A stretch of DNA of 64,000 nt from Clostridia bacterium (lineage in GTDB: Bacteria; Bacillota; Clostridia; TANB77; CAG-508), in assembly GCA_017626365.1 (NCBI GenBank), contig JAGAIV010000042.1:6126-70125 (forward strand), in the 5' to 3' direction. This document shows, piece by piece, positions 20,549-32,580 of the stretch. Under the pieces are notes generated by a model, which was not told the DNA's origin, searched no databases, and saw nothing but the letters and a program-made list of their open reading frames with translations. A program made the position numbers and the translations under genes. Position 1 is the first letter of the stretch; each line of letters starts with the position of its first letter.

Positions 20549-21133
20549 ATGAAAATACTAGTAGCAAGCGGAAATGAGGGAAAAATAAAAGAAATAAAAT
20601 CAATCCTAAAAGAATTTGATATAATTACACTAAACGACATAAAAAATACTGTAGAAGTAATTGAAGATGGTAAAACTTTTGAGGAAAATGCGAAAAAGAA
20701 AGCAAAAGAGATATATGAACAAACTTTAATACCATGTCTTGCCGATGATAGTGGAATTTGTATACAAGAATATAACGGATGGCCAGGAGTAAAAACAGCA
20801 AGATTTTTAGGAGAAGACAAAGCTTCTAATAAGAATGCAAAAGAAAGAAATGAATACATATTAAATAAAATGCAAGGACTAGAAAAAGAAAAAAGAAAAG
20901 TAGACAATATAACTGTAATTGCGTACTATGATGGAAAAAAATTTAAAATAGGAAGGGGGATTCTTTCAGGTATTATTGCAGAAGAAGCAAAAGGAGAAAA
21001 CGGATTCGGATTTGATGAGATCTTTGAATTAGAAGATGGAAGAACCCTTGCCCAACTTACCAAAGAAGAAAAAAATAGCATAAGTAGTCGAAAAAAAGCA
21101 TTGCAAGAAATAAAAAGACAAATTATTAGCTAA
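20549..21133 (+). CDS. rdgB: Non-canonical purine NTP pyrophosphatase (Ham1)
   Basis: ASGNEGKIKE, TFEENA, ADDSG, GFGFDEIF, EKNSISSR. Confidence 0.92.
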   Translation: MKILVASGNEGKIKEIKSILKEFDIITLNDIKNTVEVIEDGKTFEENAKKKAKEIYEQTLIPCLADDSGICIQEYNGWPGVKTARFLGEDKASNKNAKERNEYILNKMQGLEKEKRKVDNITVIAYYDGKKFKIGRGILSGIIAEEAKGENGFGFDEIFELEDGRTLAQLTKEEKNSISSRKKALQEIKRQIIS

Positions 21134-21158
21134 ATCCCAAGAAAATCGCGAAAAAGTC

Positions 21159-21187
21159 TTGACATATTAAGGTTTTATCAATATAAT
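21159..21187 (+). promoter_or_regulatory. SigA promoter of sigH
   Basis: TTGACA-17 nt-TATAAT, perfect consensus. Confidence 0.8.
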
Positions 21188-21221
21188 GCAAATAGAATCA
21201 GCTTAGGAGGTCAAAAGTCAC

Positions 21222-21863
21222 ATGACACAAACGCATCAACTTAACAATCCATATGGAGATATGCCAGATGAAAAAGTAATTGAAGTCATTCAATCCGGAG
21301 ACAATATGGCACTAAACTACATGATGAACAAATACAATGATTTAGTCAACATGAAAGCAAGCAAGTTTTTCATGGCAGGAGCAGAAAGAGACGACATGAT
21401 TCAAGAAGGACTCATCGGACTCTATAAAGCAACCAAATCTTTTAATGCCGAAAAGCAAAATTCATTTAAGACTTTTGCTAATCTTTGCATTGAAAGACAG
21501 TTAATCACGGCCCTAAAAACCTCCAATCGTCAAAAAAACATACCATTAAACTCAGCTTTTTCACTAAATTCTGCTGCATATGAAGAAAATGATGATGTGC
21601 CAGTAATTGATATATTAGATACCAAAACCGTAGAAGATCCTGCGGAAATGCTAACCAAAAAGGAATATTATAATTCTATTCAAAATAAAATAGAAGAAAG
21701 CTTAAGCGACTTTGAAAAACAAGTATTACACTACTATAAACAAGGAAAATCCTATGCCTCAATTGCTGAAAAACTAGGAGCAAAAGTAAAGTCCGTAGAT
21801 ACTGCAATTCAAAGAATCAGAAAAAAAGCAAATAAAATAAAACAAAACATGGAACAAGAATAA
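21222..21863 (+). CDS. sigH: RNA polymerase sporulation sigma factor H
   Basis: FMAGAERDDMIQEGLIGLYKA, SFKTFANLCIERQLITA.K.SNRQKNIPLNS, KSVDTAIQRIRKK. Confidence 0.96.
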   Translation: MTQTHQLNNPYGDMPDEKVIEVIQSGDNMALNYMMNKYNDLVNMKASKFFMAGAERDDMIQEGLIGLYKATKSFNAEKQNSFKTFANLCIERQLITALKTSNRQKNIPLNSAFSLNSAAYEENDDVPVIDILDTKTVEDPAEMLTKKEYYNSIQNKIEESLSDFEKQVLHYYKQGKSYASIAEKLGAKVKSVDTAIQRIRKKANKIKQNMEQE

Positions 21864-21915
21864 AATCTTGTTCTTTTTATATTCTAAAAAATCTCTAAAA
21901 AAATTCGTCCAAATC

Positions 21916-21945
21916 TTGACAAGCCGTAAGAAAAAATGGTATAAT
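21916..21945 (+). promoter_or_regulatory. SigA promoter of rpoBC
   Basis: TTGACA-18 nt-TATAAT with extended -10 (TG), about 250 nt upstream of rpoB. Confidence 0.72.
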
Positions 21946-22189
21946 TCATTAGTTATGAGTTATACCATTTTTTATTGGTATCATTTAACAATTCTTTTAA
22001 ATTTAACAAGAAGAGGAATTAAACTTTGAAAAAGCCTATATTTCAAAGGGAAAAGAGCAGTAACCTTATTGAAAAATAGTGTGGAAACTTAGTTTGAGAA
22101 GGACTTCTTGATAAATAGATTTTATTCTTAAAAAGCATTCGATTTTTCCAGAATGCAATTTCAAATTTTCTGCTTAATTTAATATAGAG

Positions 22190-25100
22190 GTGATTTTTTT
22201 GGTAAGAGACGTAAAACACGAAAAATGTGTTAGAAAAACGTTTGCAAAAACAGATGACAGTATTGAAATGCCAAATCTAATCCAAGTACAAAAAGACTCT
22301 TATGAATGGTTCGTAAAAGAAGGACTTGGAGAAGTATTAAGAGACATTTCACCAATTATTGACTACACAGGAAATCTAGTGTTAGAATTCTTCGATTACT
22401 ACATGGAAGAAAAAACAAAATATACACTAGAAGAGGCAAAAGAAAGAGATGCTACATACTCAACAAGATTACACGTAAAAGTACGTTTAATTAACCGTGA
22501 AACAGGGGAAATTAAAGAACAAGAAATTTACTTAGGCGATTTTCCACTTATGACAGACAGTGGAACATTCGTAATCAATGGTGCGGAAAGAGTTGTTGTT
22601 AGCCAATTAGTACGTTCACCAGGATGTTATTATGCATCAGACTACGACAAAACTGGAAAAAAGGTTTTCACATCAACTGTAATGCCAATTCGTGGAGCAT
22701 GGATTGAATATGAAACAGATTCAAACGACGTATTCTATGTTCGAATTGATAGAACAAGAAAACTACCAGTAACATGTCTTTTAAGAGCAATTGGACTTGA
22801 TACTGATGCTAAAATCTTAGAAGTATTCGGAGAAGAAGACAAAATTATTGCAACAATCAATAAAGACCCAGTAAAAACAGCAGATGAAGCTTTAATTGAG
22901 ATTTATAAAAAATTAAGACCTGGAGAACTTCCATCCGTAGAAGCTGCAAGAAACTTATTTAATGGATTATTCTTTGATAACAGAAGATATGACTTAGCAA
23001 AAGTAGGAAGATATAAATTTAATAAAAAACTAGGATTAGCCGGAAGAATTAAAAATCAAGTTGCAGCAAATGACATTATAAATCCAGCAACAGGAGAAGT
23101 TTTAGTAGAAAAAGACAATGTTATTACAGAAGAAATTGCAAAAGATATCCAAAACTCAGGAATTAATTCAGTAGAAGTAAAAGTTGGAGAAAAAGCTATA
23201 AAAGTAATAGGTAACGGTACAGTAGATATTCATGAATACGTTGATTTAAAAAGTACGATTATAAAAGAAGAAGTAAATTACTCAGTATTACAAAACATAT
23301 TAGAAAATACAGATCCAAAAGATGTTGAAAAAATGGTAAAAGAAAGAATAGATGAACTAGTTCCAAAACATATTACAACAGAAGATATCATAGCATCTGT
23401 TAACTATATTACAAATTTACAACATGGATTAGGATACGTTGACGATATTGACCATTTAGGAAATAGACGTATTCGTTGTGTTGGAGAATTACTACAAAAT
23501 CAATTCAGAATTGGTTTAGCAAGATTAGAAAGAGTTGTACGTGAAAGAATGACAATTCAGGACTTAGATGTTGTAACACCACAAACATTAATTAACACAA
23601 AACCAATCACATCATCTATCCGTGAATTCTTCGGAAGTTCACAATTATCGCAATTCATGGACCAAACAAATCCACTTTCTGAATTAACCCATAAAAGAAG
23701 AGTATCAGCCCTAGGACCTGGAGGACTTTCAAGAGAAAGAGCAGGATTCGAAGTAAGAGATGTTCACTATACTCACTATGGAAGACTATGTCCAATCGAA
23801 TCACCAGAAGGACCAAACATTGGACTTATTTCTGCATTATCTTCATTTGCAATTATCAATGAATATGGATTTGTTGAAACACCATACCGTGTAGTAGACC
23901 CAAAAACTCATAAAATAACAGATGAAGTACGATACTTAAGTGCAGAAGATGAAGAAGGAGCAAGAATTGCCCAAGCATCTGAAAAATTTGATAAAGACGG
24001 AAATTTTGTTAACAAAAAAGTAAAAGTAAGACATCTAGATGATATAGAAGAAGTTGCACCAGAAATGGTAGATTACGTAGATGTATCACCAAAGCAATTA
24101 GTATCAGTTGGTGCTGCTATGATACCATTCTTAGAGCATGACGATGCTCACCGTGCCTTAATGGGTGCAAACATGCAACGTCAAGCAGTTCCATTACTTG
24201 TTCCAGAATCACCAATTGTTGGAACTGGAATTGAATACAGAGCAGCAAAAGACTCTGGTATTATGCAAATTGCAAAATCAAATGGAACTATCCAAAAAGT
24301 AACTGGTGATGAAATCATTTTAAGAACTGATAAAGGAGAACTTGAAACATATCACTTACGTAAGTTCAAAAGAACTAATGGTGGAACCTGTATTAACCAA
24401 AGACCAATTGTCGTAAAAGGAGAAAAGGTAAAAGCAGGAGATGTAATTGCCGATGGACCATCTACCGATAAAGGAGAAATGGCACTTGGTAAAAACGTAT
24501 TAATCGCATTTGCAACATGGGAAGGTTACAACTACGAGGATGCGGTATTAATCAGTGAAAGATTAGTAAAAGAAGACGTATATACCTCTATCCACATTGA
24601 AGAATATGATTGTGAATGTCGTGATACTAAACTTGGACCAGAAGAAATCACAAGAGATATTCCAAATGTAGGAGAAGATAGCTTAAAAGACTTAGATGAA
24701 AATGGAATTATCCGTATTGGTGCAGAAGTAAGACCAGGAGATATCCTAGTTGGAAAAGTAACACCAAAAGGAGAAACCGAATTAACAGCAGAAGAAAGAT
24801 TACTTCGTGCCATCTTTGGAGAAAAAGCAAGAGAAGTAAGAGATACCTCACTTCGAGTACCACATGGAGAGGAAGGAACCATTGTTGATGTTAAAATCTT
24901 CACAAGAGAAAATTCAGATGAATTAGCACCAGGAGTAAACCAAGTAATCCGTTGCTACATTGCTCAAAAAAGAAAAATCTCTGTTGGAGATAAAATGGCA
25001 GGACGTCACGGAAATAAAGGTGTTGTATCAAGAATTTTACCAGTAGAAGATATGCCATTTATGCCAGATGGAACTCCAGTTGATATTGTACTTAACCCAC

Positions 25101-25939
25101 TTGGTGTACCATCTCGTATGAACTTAGGACAGGTACTAGAAGTACACTTGGGAGCAGCAGCAAGAGAACTAGGATGGAAAGTTGCAACACCAGTATTTGA
25201 TGGTGCAACTGAAGATGAAATCACTGAATTATTAGAAAAAGCAGGAAGAACACCAGATGGAAAAGTAACATTATATGATGGAAGAACAGGAGAAAAATTT
25301 GATCATCCAGTAACAGTTGGTGTTATGTACATGTTAAAGCTACACCACTTAGTAGATGATAAAATTCATGCTCGTTCAACTGGACCATACTCATTAGTAA
25401 CACAACAACCTCTTGGAGGAAAAGCACAATTTGGTGGACAACGTTTTGGAGAAATGGAAGTTTGGGCTCTAGAAGCATATGGTGCGGCACACACTTTACA
25501 AGAAATTTTAACTGTAAAATCCGATGATACAGTAGGACGTGTTAAAACATATGAAGCAATTGTAAAAGGTGAGAACGTACCAGAACCAGGAGTTCCAGAA
25601 AGCTTCAAAGTATTAGTAAAAGAATTACAAAGTTTAGGATTAGATGTTCGTTTATATTCAGAAGATGACCAAGAACTAGAACTAAAAGAAAACATCGAAG
25701 AAGGAATCGAATATAATCCAGAAAGAGAAAAAGGACAAAATGTTTTAGTAGAAGACGAGCTTTCTGATGGATATATTGAAGAAGACGAAGAAGGAAATGA
25801 AATTGTAGATAACGAAGAAAGCGATGAATTATTCGATCCAATCCTTGACGATGAAGATGAAATGTTATTAGACGATACAGATTTAGGAGAAGACAATCTT
25901 ATGAACGACAACGACATCTTAGATGACGACAATGAATAA
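22190..25939 (+). CDS. rpoB: RNA polymerase beta subunit
   Basis: [56 protein letters not shown]; start may be TTG 22199. Confidence 0.99.
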   Translation: MIFLVRDVKHEKCVRKTFAKTDDSIEMPNLIQVQKDSYEWFVKEGLGEVLRDISPIIDYTGNLVLEFFDYYMEEKTKYTLEEAKERDATYSTRLHVKVRLINRETGEIKEQEIYLGDFPLMTDSGTFVINGAERVVVSQLVRSPGCYYASDYDKTGKKVFTSTVMPIRGAWIEYETDSNDVFYVRIDRTRKLPVTCLLRAIGLDTDAKILEVFGEEDKIIATINKDPVKTADEALIEIYKKLRPGELPSVEAARNLFNGLFFDNRRYDLAKVGRYKFNKKLGLAGRIKNQVAANDIINPATGEVLVEKDNVITEEIAKDIQNSGINSVEVKVGEKAIKVIGNGTVDIHEYVDLKSTIIKEEVNYSVLQNILENTDPKDVEKMVKERIDELVPKHITTEDIIASVNYITNLQHGLGYVDDIDHLGNRRIRCVGELLQNQFRIGLARLERVVRERMTIQDLDVVTPQTLINTKPITSSIREFFGSSQLSQFMDQTNPLSELTHKRRVSALGPGGLSRERAGFEVRDVHYTHYGRLCPIESPEGPNIGLISALSSFAIINEYGFVETPYRVVDPKTHKITDEVRYLSAEDEEGARIAQASEKFDKDGNFVNKKVKVRHLDDIEEVAPEMVDYVDVSPKQLVSVGAAMIPFLEHDDAHRALMGANMQRQAVPLLVPESPIVGTGIEYRAAKDSGIMQIAKSNGTIQKVTGDEIILRTDKGELETYHLRKFKRTNGGTCINQRPIVVKGEKVKAGDVIADGPSTDKGEMALGKNVLIAFATWEGYNYEDAVLISERLVKEDVYTSIHIEEYDCECRDTKLGPEEITRDIPNVGEDSLKDLDENGIIRIGAEVRPGDILVGKVTPKGETELTAEERLLRAIFGEKAREVRDTSLRVPHGEEGTIVDVKIFTRENSDELAPGVNQVIRCYIAQKRKISVGDKMAGRHGNKGVVSRILPVEDMPFMPDGTPVDIVLNPLGVPSRMNLGQVLEVHLGAAARELGWKVATPVFDGATEDEITELLEKAGRTPDGKVTLYDGRTGEKFDHPVTVGVMYMLKLHHLVDDKIHARSTGPYSLVTQQPLGGKAQFGGQRFGEMEVWALEAYGAAHTLQEILTVKSDDTVGRVKTYEAIVKGENVPEPGVPESFKVLVKELQSLGLDVRLYSEDDQELELKENIEEGIEYNPEREKGQNVLVEDELSDGYIEEDEEGNEIVDNEESDELFDPILDDEDEMLLDDTDLGEDNLMNDNDILDDDNE

Positions 25940-26134
25940 ATAAGTTTAAGAATCTACAAGTAAAGACCCCTTTATTTAAATGGGATGTCGCTGAAAGCGA
26001 CTAGGGGTTCTAAAAAACTAATTGAATAGTTCCTCAAATTCCATATTTATAACAAAAGCAAATTGTACAGCAGTGTAAATAAATATGGAATGAAAGGAAC
26101 CAAAATCCAAACCGGAAGGGAGAAAAAATAAAAA

Positions 26135-29100
26135 GTGGATGAATTAGAAATATTTGATAAATTAAAAATTGGGCTAGCATCCGACGAGAAAATTAGAGAA
26201 TGGTCAAAAGGGGAAGTAAAAAAACCAGAAACCATAAACTATAGAACTTTAAAACCAGAAAAAGATGGACTATTCTGTGAAAGAATCTTTGGACCAACAA
26301 AAGACTGGGAATGTCATTGTGGTAAATATAAAAGAGTTCGTTATAAAGGAATTGTCTGCGACCGTTGTGGCGTAGAAGTAACAAAAGCAAAAGTAAGAAG
26401 AGAAAGAATGGGACATATTGAACTTGCAGCCCCAGTTGCTCATATTTGGTATTTCAAAGGAATTCCAAGTAGAGTAGCTTTAATGCTAGATATTTCACCA
26501 AGAAGTCTAGAAAAAGTAATTTATTTTGCGTCATATATTGTAACAGATAAAGGAACATCAGGATTAATGAAAGCACAAATATTAAACGAAAAAGAATATC
26601 ATGATGCAGAAGAAAAATATGGAAAAGGTTCTTTTAAAGCTGAAATGGGAGCAGAAGCAATCGAAAAATTACTAAAAGAAATAGATGTAGAAAAATTAGC
26701 AGCAAAATTAAAGAAGGAGCTAGAGAACGCAAGTGAACAAAAAAGAGCAAAAATAATCAAACGTTTAGATACCGTAGAATCTTTCAGAATATCTGGAAAT
26801 AGACCAGAATGGATGATTATGAATGTTGTTCCAGTTATTCCACCAGATTTAAGACCAATGGTACAATTAGATGGAGGACGTTTTGCAACCTCAGACTTAA
26901 ACGATTTATATCGTAGAGTTATCAATCGTAACAACCGTCTAAAAAGATTATTAGAATTAGGAGCACCAGAAATCATAGTAAGAAACGAAAAAAGAATGTT
27001 ACAAGAATCTGTTGATGCTCTAATCGATAACGGAAGACGTGGAAGACCAGTAACAGGAGCAGGAAATAGACCTTTAAAATCATTATCTGACCTTTTAAAA
27101 GGAAAACAAGGACGTTTCCGTCAAAACCTACTTGGAAAACGTGTTGACTACTCAGGACGTTCAGTTATCGTAGTAGGACCAGAACTAAAAATTTATCAAT
27201 GTGGTTTACCAAAAGAAATGGCAGTAGAGCTATTTAAACCATTTGTTATGAAAGAATTAGTAGGAAGAGGAATTGCCCATAATATCAAAAATGCAAAAAG
27301 AATGGTAGAAAGATTAAGACCAGAAGTATGGGATATTCTAGAAGAAGTTATTAAAGACCACCCAGTTATGCTAAACCGTGCTCCAACATTACATAGACTA
27401 GGTATCCAAGCATTCGAACCAGTATTAGTAGAAGGAAGAGCCATCAAACTTCACCCATTAGTATGTACAGCATTTAACGCTGACTTTGATGGTGACCAAA
27501 TGGCAGTTCACGTTCCATTATCACCAGAAGCACAAGCAGAAGCAAGATATTTGATGTTATCTGTAAACAACCTATTAAAACCACAAGATGGTAAACCAGT
27601 AACTGTTCCAACTCAAGATATGATTCTAGGAAGTTACTATTTAACAATGGTAGTAGAAGGAGAACCAGGAGAAGGAAGTTATTATAAAGATACAGATGAA
27701 GCCCTAATGGCTTATGCAAATGGAGATTTAGGATTACATGCCTTAGTATGGATTCGTATGTTTAAAGAAAATGAGGATGGAACATTACGTTCAAAACGAG
27801 TAAAAACAACAGTCGGAAGAGTTATTTATAACCAAGGAATCCCACAAGACTTAGGCTTTGTTGATAGAACAGACCCAGAGCACGAATTTGACTTAGAAAT
27901 CGATTTCCCAGTTATCAAGAAAAACTTAGGAAAAATTGTAGCAAAATGTATCAGTGTTCATGGATTATCAGAAGCTGCAGAATTATTAGATTATATCAAA
28001 GCAACTGGATATAAATATTCTACCAAAGGTGCTATTACTGTTAGTACAAAAGATATTATTATTCCAGAAAAGAAACAAGAAATTCTAGACGCAGCAGAAA
28101 ATAAAGTAGAACAAATTGCAAAACAATATAAACGTGGTTTAATTACAGAAGACGAACGCTATGAATCAGTTATCAAAGTTTGGGAACAAGCAACTAATGA
28201 TGTATCTGATGCAATGCAAGATAACTTTGATGAATTAAATCCAATCTATATGATGATTCAATCAGGAGCTCGTGGTAACATGAACCAATTACGCCAAGTA
28301 GCAGGTATGCGTGGACTTATGGCAAATACATCTGGTAAAGCCGTTGAGATTCCAATTCGTTCTTCTTTTAGAGAAGGATTAGACCCACTAGAATACTTCG
28401 TATCTAGCCACGGTGGAAGAAAAGGACTTGCAGATACTGCCTTAAGAACAGCAGACTCTGGATACTTAACAAGAAGACTTGTTGATGTTTCACAAGATAT
28501 TATTGTTCGTGAACATGATTGTGGAACACACGAAGGAATTACAATTACTGATATCAAAGATGGAAATCAAGTTATTGAAAAACTACAAGAAAGACTAGAA
28601 GGAAGATATCCACTAGAAGATATTATCGATCCAAAAACAAAAGAAGTAATTGTTGATACCAATACAATGATTACAGATAAATTAGCAGAAAAAATTGTAG
28701 AAGCAGGATATGATAAAGTAAAAGTACGTTCAGCACTTGGATGTCATTCAAAACATGGTGTTTGTGCAAAATGTTACGGAATGGGACTTGCAACAAGAAC
28801 AGAAGTTAATATTGGTGAAGCAGTTGGTATCATTGCAGCACAATCAATTGGTGAACCTGGTACACAGCTTACAATGAGAACATTCCACCAAGGTGGTGTT
28901 GCAGGAGGAGATATTACACAAGGTCTTCCAAGGGTCGAAGAATTATTTGAAGCTAGAAAACCAAAGGGTCTAGCAATTATTACAGAAATTGCAGGAAAAG
29001 TTAAAATTTCAGAAACAAAGAAAAAGAAAGAAGTTATTGTTACTTCAAAAGATGATTCAAAAACATACACAATTCCATTTGGTTCAAAACTACGTGTAAA

Positions 29101-29707
29101 AGATGGAGATATATTAGAAGCAGGAGATCAAATTACAGAAGGATCTATTAATCCAAACGAAATCCTAACAATCAAAGGTCCAGAAGGCGTATATGAATAC
29201 TTAATCCAAGAAGTACAAAAAGTATATCGTAACCAAGGTGTTGATATCAACGATAAACACATTGAAGTTATTGGTAGACAAATGCTTAAGAAAGTAAGAG
29301 TAGAAGATAATGGTGATACAGACATGTTCCCAGGTTCATTAGTAGATATGTATGAATTTGAAGATAAGAATAAAGAAGCTGAAAGTGAAGGAAAAAGACC
29401 AGCAACTGGAAAACGTACTTTACTTGGTATCACAAAAGCTTCTCTTGCAACAGAATCTTTCTTATCAGCGGCATCATTCCAAGAGACAACAAGAGTATTA
29501 ACAGAAGCAGCAATTAAAGGAAAAGTTGATCCATTAATTGGACTAAAAGAAAATGTTATTATTGGTAAATTAATTCCAGCAGGAACCGGAATGAATAAAT
29601 ATAAAAACATAAAAATTAATACTGAAAAAGAAGACATTCCAGAAGAAGTAGAACCAGAAAATCAACAAGAAACTGAAGCAGAAAATCTAGCAGAAATAAC
29701 AGAATAA
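26135..29707 (+). CDS. rpoC: RNA polymerase beta' subunit
   Basis: NADFDGDQM catalytic motif, zinc-binding [30 protein letters not shown]. Confidence 0.99.
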   Translation: MDELEIFDKLKIGLASDEKIREWSKGEVKKPETINYRTLKPEKDGLFCERIFGPTKDWECHCGKYKRVRYKGIVCDRCGVEVTKAKVRRERMGHIELAAPVAHIWYFKGIPSRVALMLDISPRSLEKVIYFASYIVTDKGTSGLMKAQILNEKEYHDAEEKYGKGSFKAEMGAEAIEKLLKEIDVEKLAAKLKKELENASEQKRAKIIKRLDTVESFRISGNRPEWMIMNVVPVIPPDLRPMVQLDGGRFATSDLNDLYRRVINRNNRLKRLLELGAPEIIVRNEKRMLQESVDALIDNGRRGRPVTGAGNRPLKSLSDLLKGKQGRFRQNLLGKRVDYSGRSVIVVGPELKIYQCGLPKEMAVELFKPFVMKELVGRGIAHNIKNAKRMVERLRPEVWDILEEVIKDHPVMLNRAPTLHRLGIQAFEPVLVEGRAIKLHPLVCTAFNADFDGDQMAVHVPLSPEAQAEARYLMLSVNNLLKPQDGKPVTVPTQDMILGSYYLTMVVEGEPGEGSYYKDTDEALMAYANGDLGLHALVWIRMFKENEDGTLRSKRVKTTVGRVIYNQGIPQDLGFVDRTDPEHEFDLEIDFPVIKKNLGKIVAKCISVHGLSEAAELLDYIKATGYKYSTKGAITVSTKDIIIPEKKQEILDAAENKVEQIAKQYKRGLITEDERYESVIKVWEQATNDVSDAMQDNFDELNPIYMMIQSGARGNMNQLRQVAGMRGLMANTSGKAVEIPIRSSFREGLDPLEYFVSSHGGRKGLADTALRTADSGYLTRRLVDVSQDIIVREHDCGTHEGITITDIKDGNQVIEKLQERLEGRYPLEDIIDPKTKEVIVDTNTMITDKLAEKIVEAGYDKVKVRSALGCHSKHGVCAKCYGMGLATRTEVNIGEAVGIIAAQSIGEPGTQLTMRTFHQGGVAGGDITQGLPRVEELFEARKPKGLAIITEIAGKVKISETKKKKEVIVTSKDDSKTYTIPFGSKLRVKDGDILEAGDQITEGSINPNEILTIKGPEGVYEYLIQEVQKVYRNQGVDINDKHIEVIGRQMLKKVRVEDNGDTDMFPGSLVDMYEFEDKNKEAESEGKRPATGKRTLLGITKASLATESFLSAASFQETTRVLTEAAIKGKVDPLIGLKENVIIGKLIPAGTGMNKYKNIKINTEKEDIPEEVEPENQQETEAENLAEITE

Positions 29708-29711
29708 TACT

Positions 29712-29736
29712 CTAGGGGCGAGCATTGCTCGTCCCT
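29712..29736 (+). repeat. REP-like palindrome / rpoC terminator
   Basis: CTAGGGGCGAGCA-t-TGCTCGTCCCT followed by a T-run. Confidence 0.6.
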
Positions 29737-29752
29737 TTTATATATAAATAAA

Positions 29753-30418
29753 TTAATTTTTTGCTGTTGTAACTTTCACATTTTGGAACAATTCAATTAG
29801 TTTAAATTTAAATTGTATACCACTATCTTCTCGATTTGAAATCAAAGTAAATTCTTCTTCAGATAAATCATTTTTCATAGTTTTTTTTGACTCTTCGGGC
29901 ACAATTCCAGAACTTACATCCACAAAACATAGAGGAGGAAACATAACACACCACCAATTTTGACCTTTGGCCTCTCCAATTTCAATTCTTAAAGCATCAT
30001 AATATCCACTAGGCAAGCTAATGTCTCCATATGTTTTAGTAGGAAAAGAAAAATTACCAATTTTAACAGTAACATTATAATCATATCCATTTTCTTGAAT
30101 TGTATTTAGTGCAATTTGTTTAAATTCATCTAAATGGGCATTTGCAATAGAAATAGCTTCTTCTTTATCTGTTGCATTTTTACAAATAGTATTCATATAA
30201 GATAATACAGAATCACGAACCTTTAATTTTAATTCTTGGTCTTCTTTAGTATCACTGTTAGCAATAACATGTAGACGAAATACACTATTAGAAAGATCTT
30301 TAGAAACAGCATTTACATAGGAAAAAGCACTAATAAAAATATATAAAATTAACAAAAATAGCAATAAAATGGAATATTTCACTTTTCCTTTACATATAAT
30401 ATTTAGGAATGATTTCAT
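29753..30418 (-). CDS. spoIIR: Stage II sporulation protein R
   Basis: FRLHVIANSD..EDQELKLKVRD, FPTKTYG, GEAKGQNWWCVMFPPLC. Confidence 0.97.
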   Translation of the reverse strand: MKSFLNIICKGKVKYSILLLFLLILYIFISAFSYVNAVSKDLSNSVFRLHVIANSDTKEDQELKLKVRDSVLSYMNTICKNATDKEEAISIANAHLDEFKQIALNTIQENGYDYNVTVKIGNFSFPTKTYGDISLPSGYYDALRIEIGEAKGQNWWCVMFPPLCFVDVSSGIVPEESKKTMKNDLSEEEFTLISNREDSGIQFKFKLIELFQNVKVTTAKN

Positions 30419-30644
30419 AATAAAACCTCCGTTTAAAAAACTAAGATAATTTGTAAAAAATTTTCTTAAAAAAAAGTATTAACCAAAATAAAAAAAATAT
30501 ACATAAATTTGAAAAAATAGAATAAGCAAATGTCGAAAAAGCAAGAAAAGTTCTTTGTATTTATTATGAAATATAATTGACATATTTCTGTAATAATGGT
30601 AAAATTTACCAGTAGAAAACACAAGAAAAAGGTAGGGAAAGTTA

Positions 30645-31157
30645 ATGAACAACAAAGAAAACAATATAAAAAAGGTTTGTGCCTTCTATGTAAATGATTG
30701 GCATTTTACCACAATGATACTACCATATATAGCAAATGAAATAAAATCAAAAAATAAAATAATAACTATTCTACAAAATAACATGAAATCAAATATAGAA
30801 GAAATATTATCTAAAATGAATTTAAATCAAAAATTAAAAGAAGAAATCTTAGAAATAAATTGGACAAAAAATTTTCCAATAAAATATAGCAATATAAAAC
30901 AAGAAATACAACAAATAGATGGACAAGTAAAAGATATTAATATCTTTATTAATGGTGATAAAGAATTTATAAAAATGGTAAATCAAAATATAGAAAAGTT
31001 AATAGAAAAATTTAATTTACGAACTAGTATAACAATTGTTAATTTTTATGACATTACTAAGTTTACAAATGTAAGTGAAATTACAGATGAGCACCAATAT
31101 ATTTTAAACACTTCAGGAATTAAAAAAATCAAAGAAGTATTCCAAAAAGAAGCTTAA
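30645..31157 (+). CDS. Hypothetical protein
   Basis: 170-aa ORF with RBS and host-like codon usage. Confidence 0.7.
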   Translation: MNNKENNIKKVCAFYVNDWHFTTMILPYIANEIKSKNKIITILQNNMKSNIEEILSKMNLNQKLKEEILEINWTKNFPIKYSNIKQEIQQIDGQVKDINIFINGDKEFIKMVNQNIEKLIEKFNLRTSITIVNFYDITKFTNVSEITDEHQYILNTSGIKKIKEVFQKEA

Positions 31158-31249
31158 AAAGGATGATTAATACATCTTGACGAATGAAAAAATATAGTAT
31201 AATATAGAAATACAATCAAACAATAAAATGAAAAAGGAAGTATGCTTAT

Positions 31250-32498
31250 ATGGAAGGAAAATATGAAGAAGCAAAAGAAAAACTAAAAAAGTATAAACAA
31301 GAACACTTATTAATTTGGTATGACAAATTAATTGAACAAAAAAGAGAAGAACTAATAAATCAAATTTTAAAAATTGACTTTGAACAAATAGATGAATTAT
31401 ACAAGCAAACACAACAAAAAAAAGATTTTAAAGATTGTAAAATTGAACCATTACCATATATCGATAAACAAAAATTAACAGCAGAAGAAAAACAAAAATA
31501 TGAAACAGATGGTATTTCTATTATAAAAGAGGGAAAATATGCAGTAGTAACCATGGCAGGAGGACAAGGAACAAGACTACGGACATAATGGTCCAAAAGG
31601 AACATTTGAATTAGAAGTAGGAGAAAAAACACCATTATTTACATTATTAGCTAATACAATTTTAGAAGCAAGAAAAAAATATAATGCAATTATTCCATGG
31701 TATATCATGACAAGCAAAGAAAACAATTATAAAACAACTGATTTTTTTGAAAGACATGACTATTTTGGAATGGGAAAAGAAAATATTAAATTTTTCATTC
31801 AAAACGAATTACCAATGGTAGATGTAAAAGGAAAAATTCTTGTGGATGATAAAGGATTAGTAAAAGAAGCAGCAGATGGTCATGGTGGAATTTTCGAAGC
31901 AATGAGAAAAGATGGCATCATTGAGGATATGAAAAAAAGAGGAATAGAATGGATTTTTATTGCAGGTGTAGATAATGTATTAGCAAAAATGGTAGATCCA
32001 ATTTTAACAGGACTTGCAATCGAAAGTAAATGCTTAGCAGCGGGAAAATCTGTTGTAAAAAGTAATCCAAAAGAACGTGTTGGAGTATTCTGTAAAAAGA
32101 ACAATAGACCAAGCGTAATTGAATATACGGAAATAACTGACGAAATGGCAGAAGCAACTGATGAAAAAGGAGAACTACTATATGGAGAATCTCATATTTT
32201 GTGCAATCTATTTAATATAAAAGCTATTGAAGAAATTGCAAAAAACAAATTACCATATCATAGTGCTTTCAAAAAAGCAAAATATATTGATAAAAATGGA
32301 GTTATTGTTGTTCCAGAAGTACCAAATGCATATAAGTTTGAATCTTTCATTTTTGATGCTTTTGAAACATTAGATAATATGGCTATTATGAGAGTAAAAA
32401 GAGAAGAAGAATTTGCACCAGTAAAAAATGCCGAAGGAGTAGATAGCCCAGAAACTGCTGCAAAATTATATTTAGATTATATAAAAAACAAAAAATAA
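31250..32498 (+). CDS. UDPGP-family nucleotidyltransferase (UAP1-like UDP-sugar pyrophosphorylase); needs +1 recoding at CGG 31580-31582 (about 415 aa)
   Basis: AVVTMAGGQGTRL-[C]GGA-HNGPKG restores the signature AGGQGTRLG...PKG; frame then runs open into WYIMTS, GHGG, VDN, VIEYTE, YKFESFIFD. Confidence 0.93.
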
Positions 32499-32580
32499 AA
32501 TGAAAAACCAAATGTGAAAAATATATTTACATTTGGTTTTTTCTATTATAAAATGTTCATAGTGATAAGGAGGAATAAAA

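Noticed and set aside
24532-29637. Multiple minus-strand ORFs inside rpoB/rpoC (and similar ones inside other genes)
   Set aside because: Antisense shadows produced by codon bias; no RBS or family motifs.
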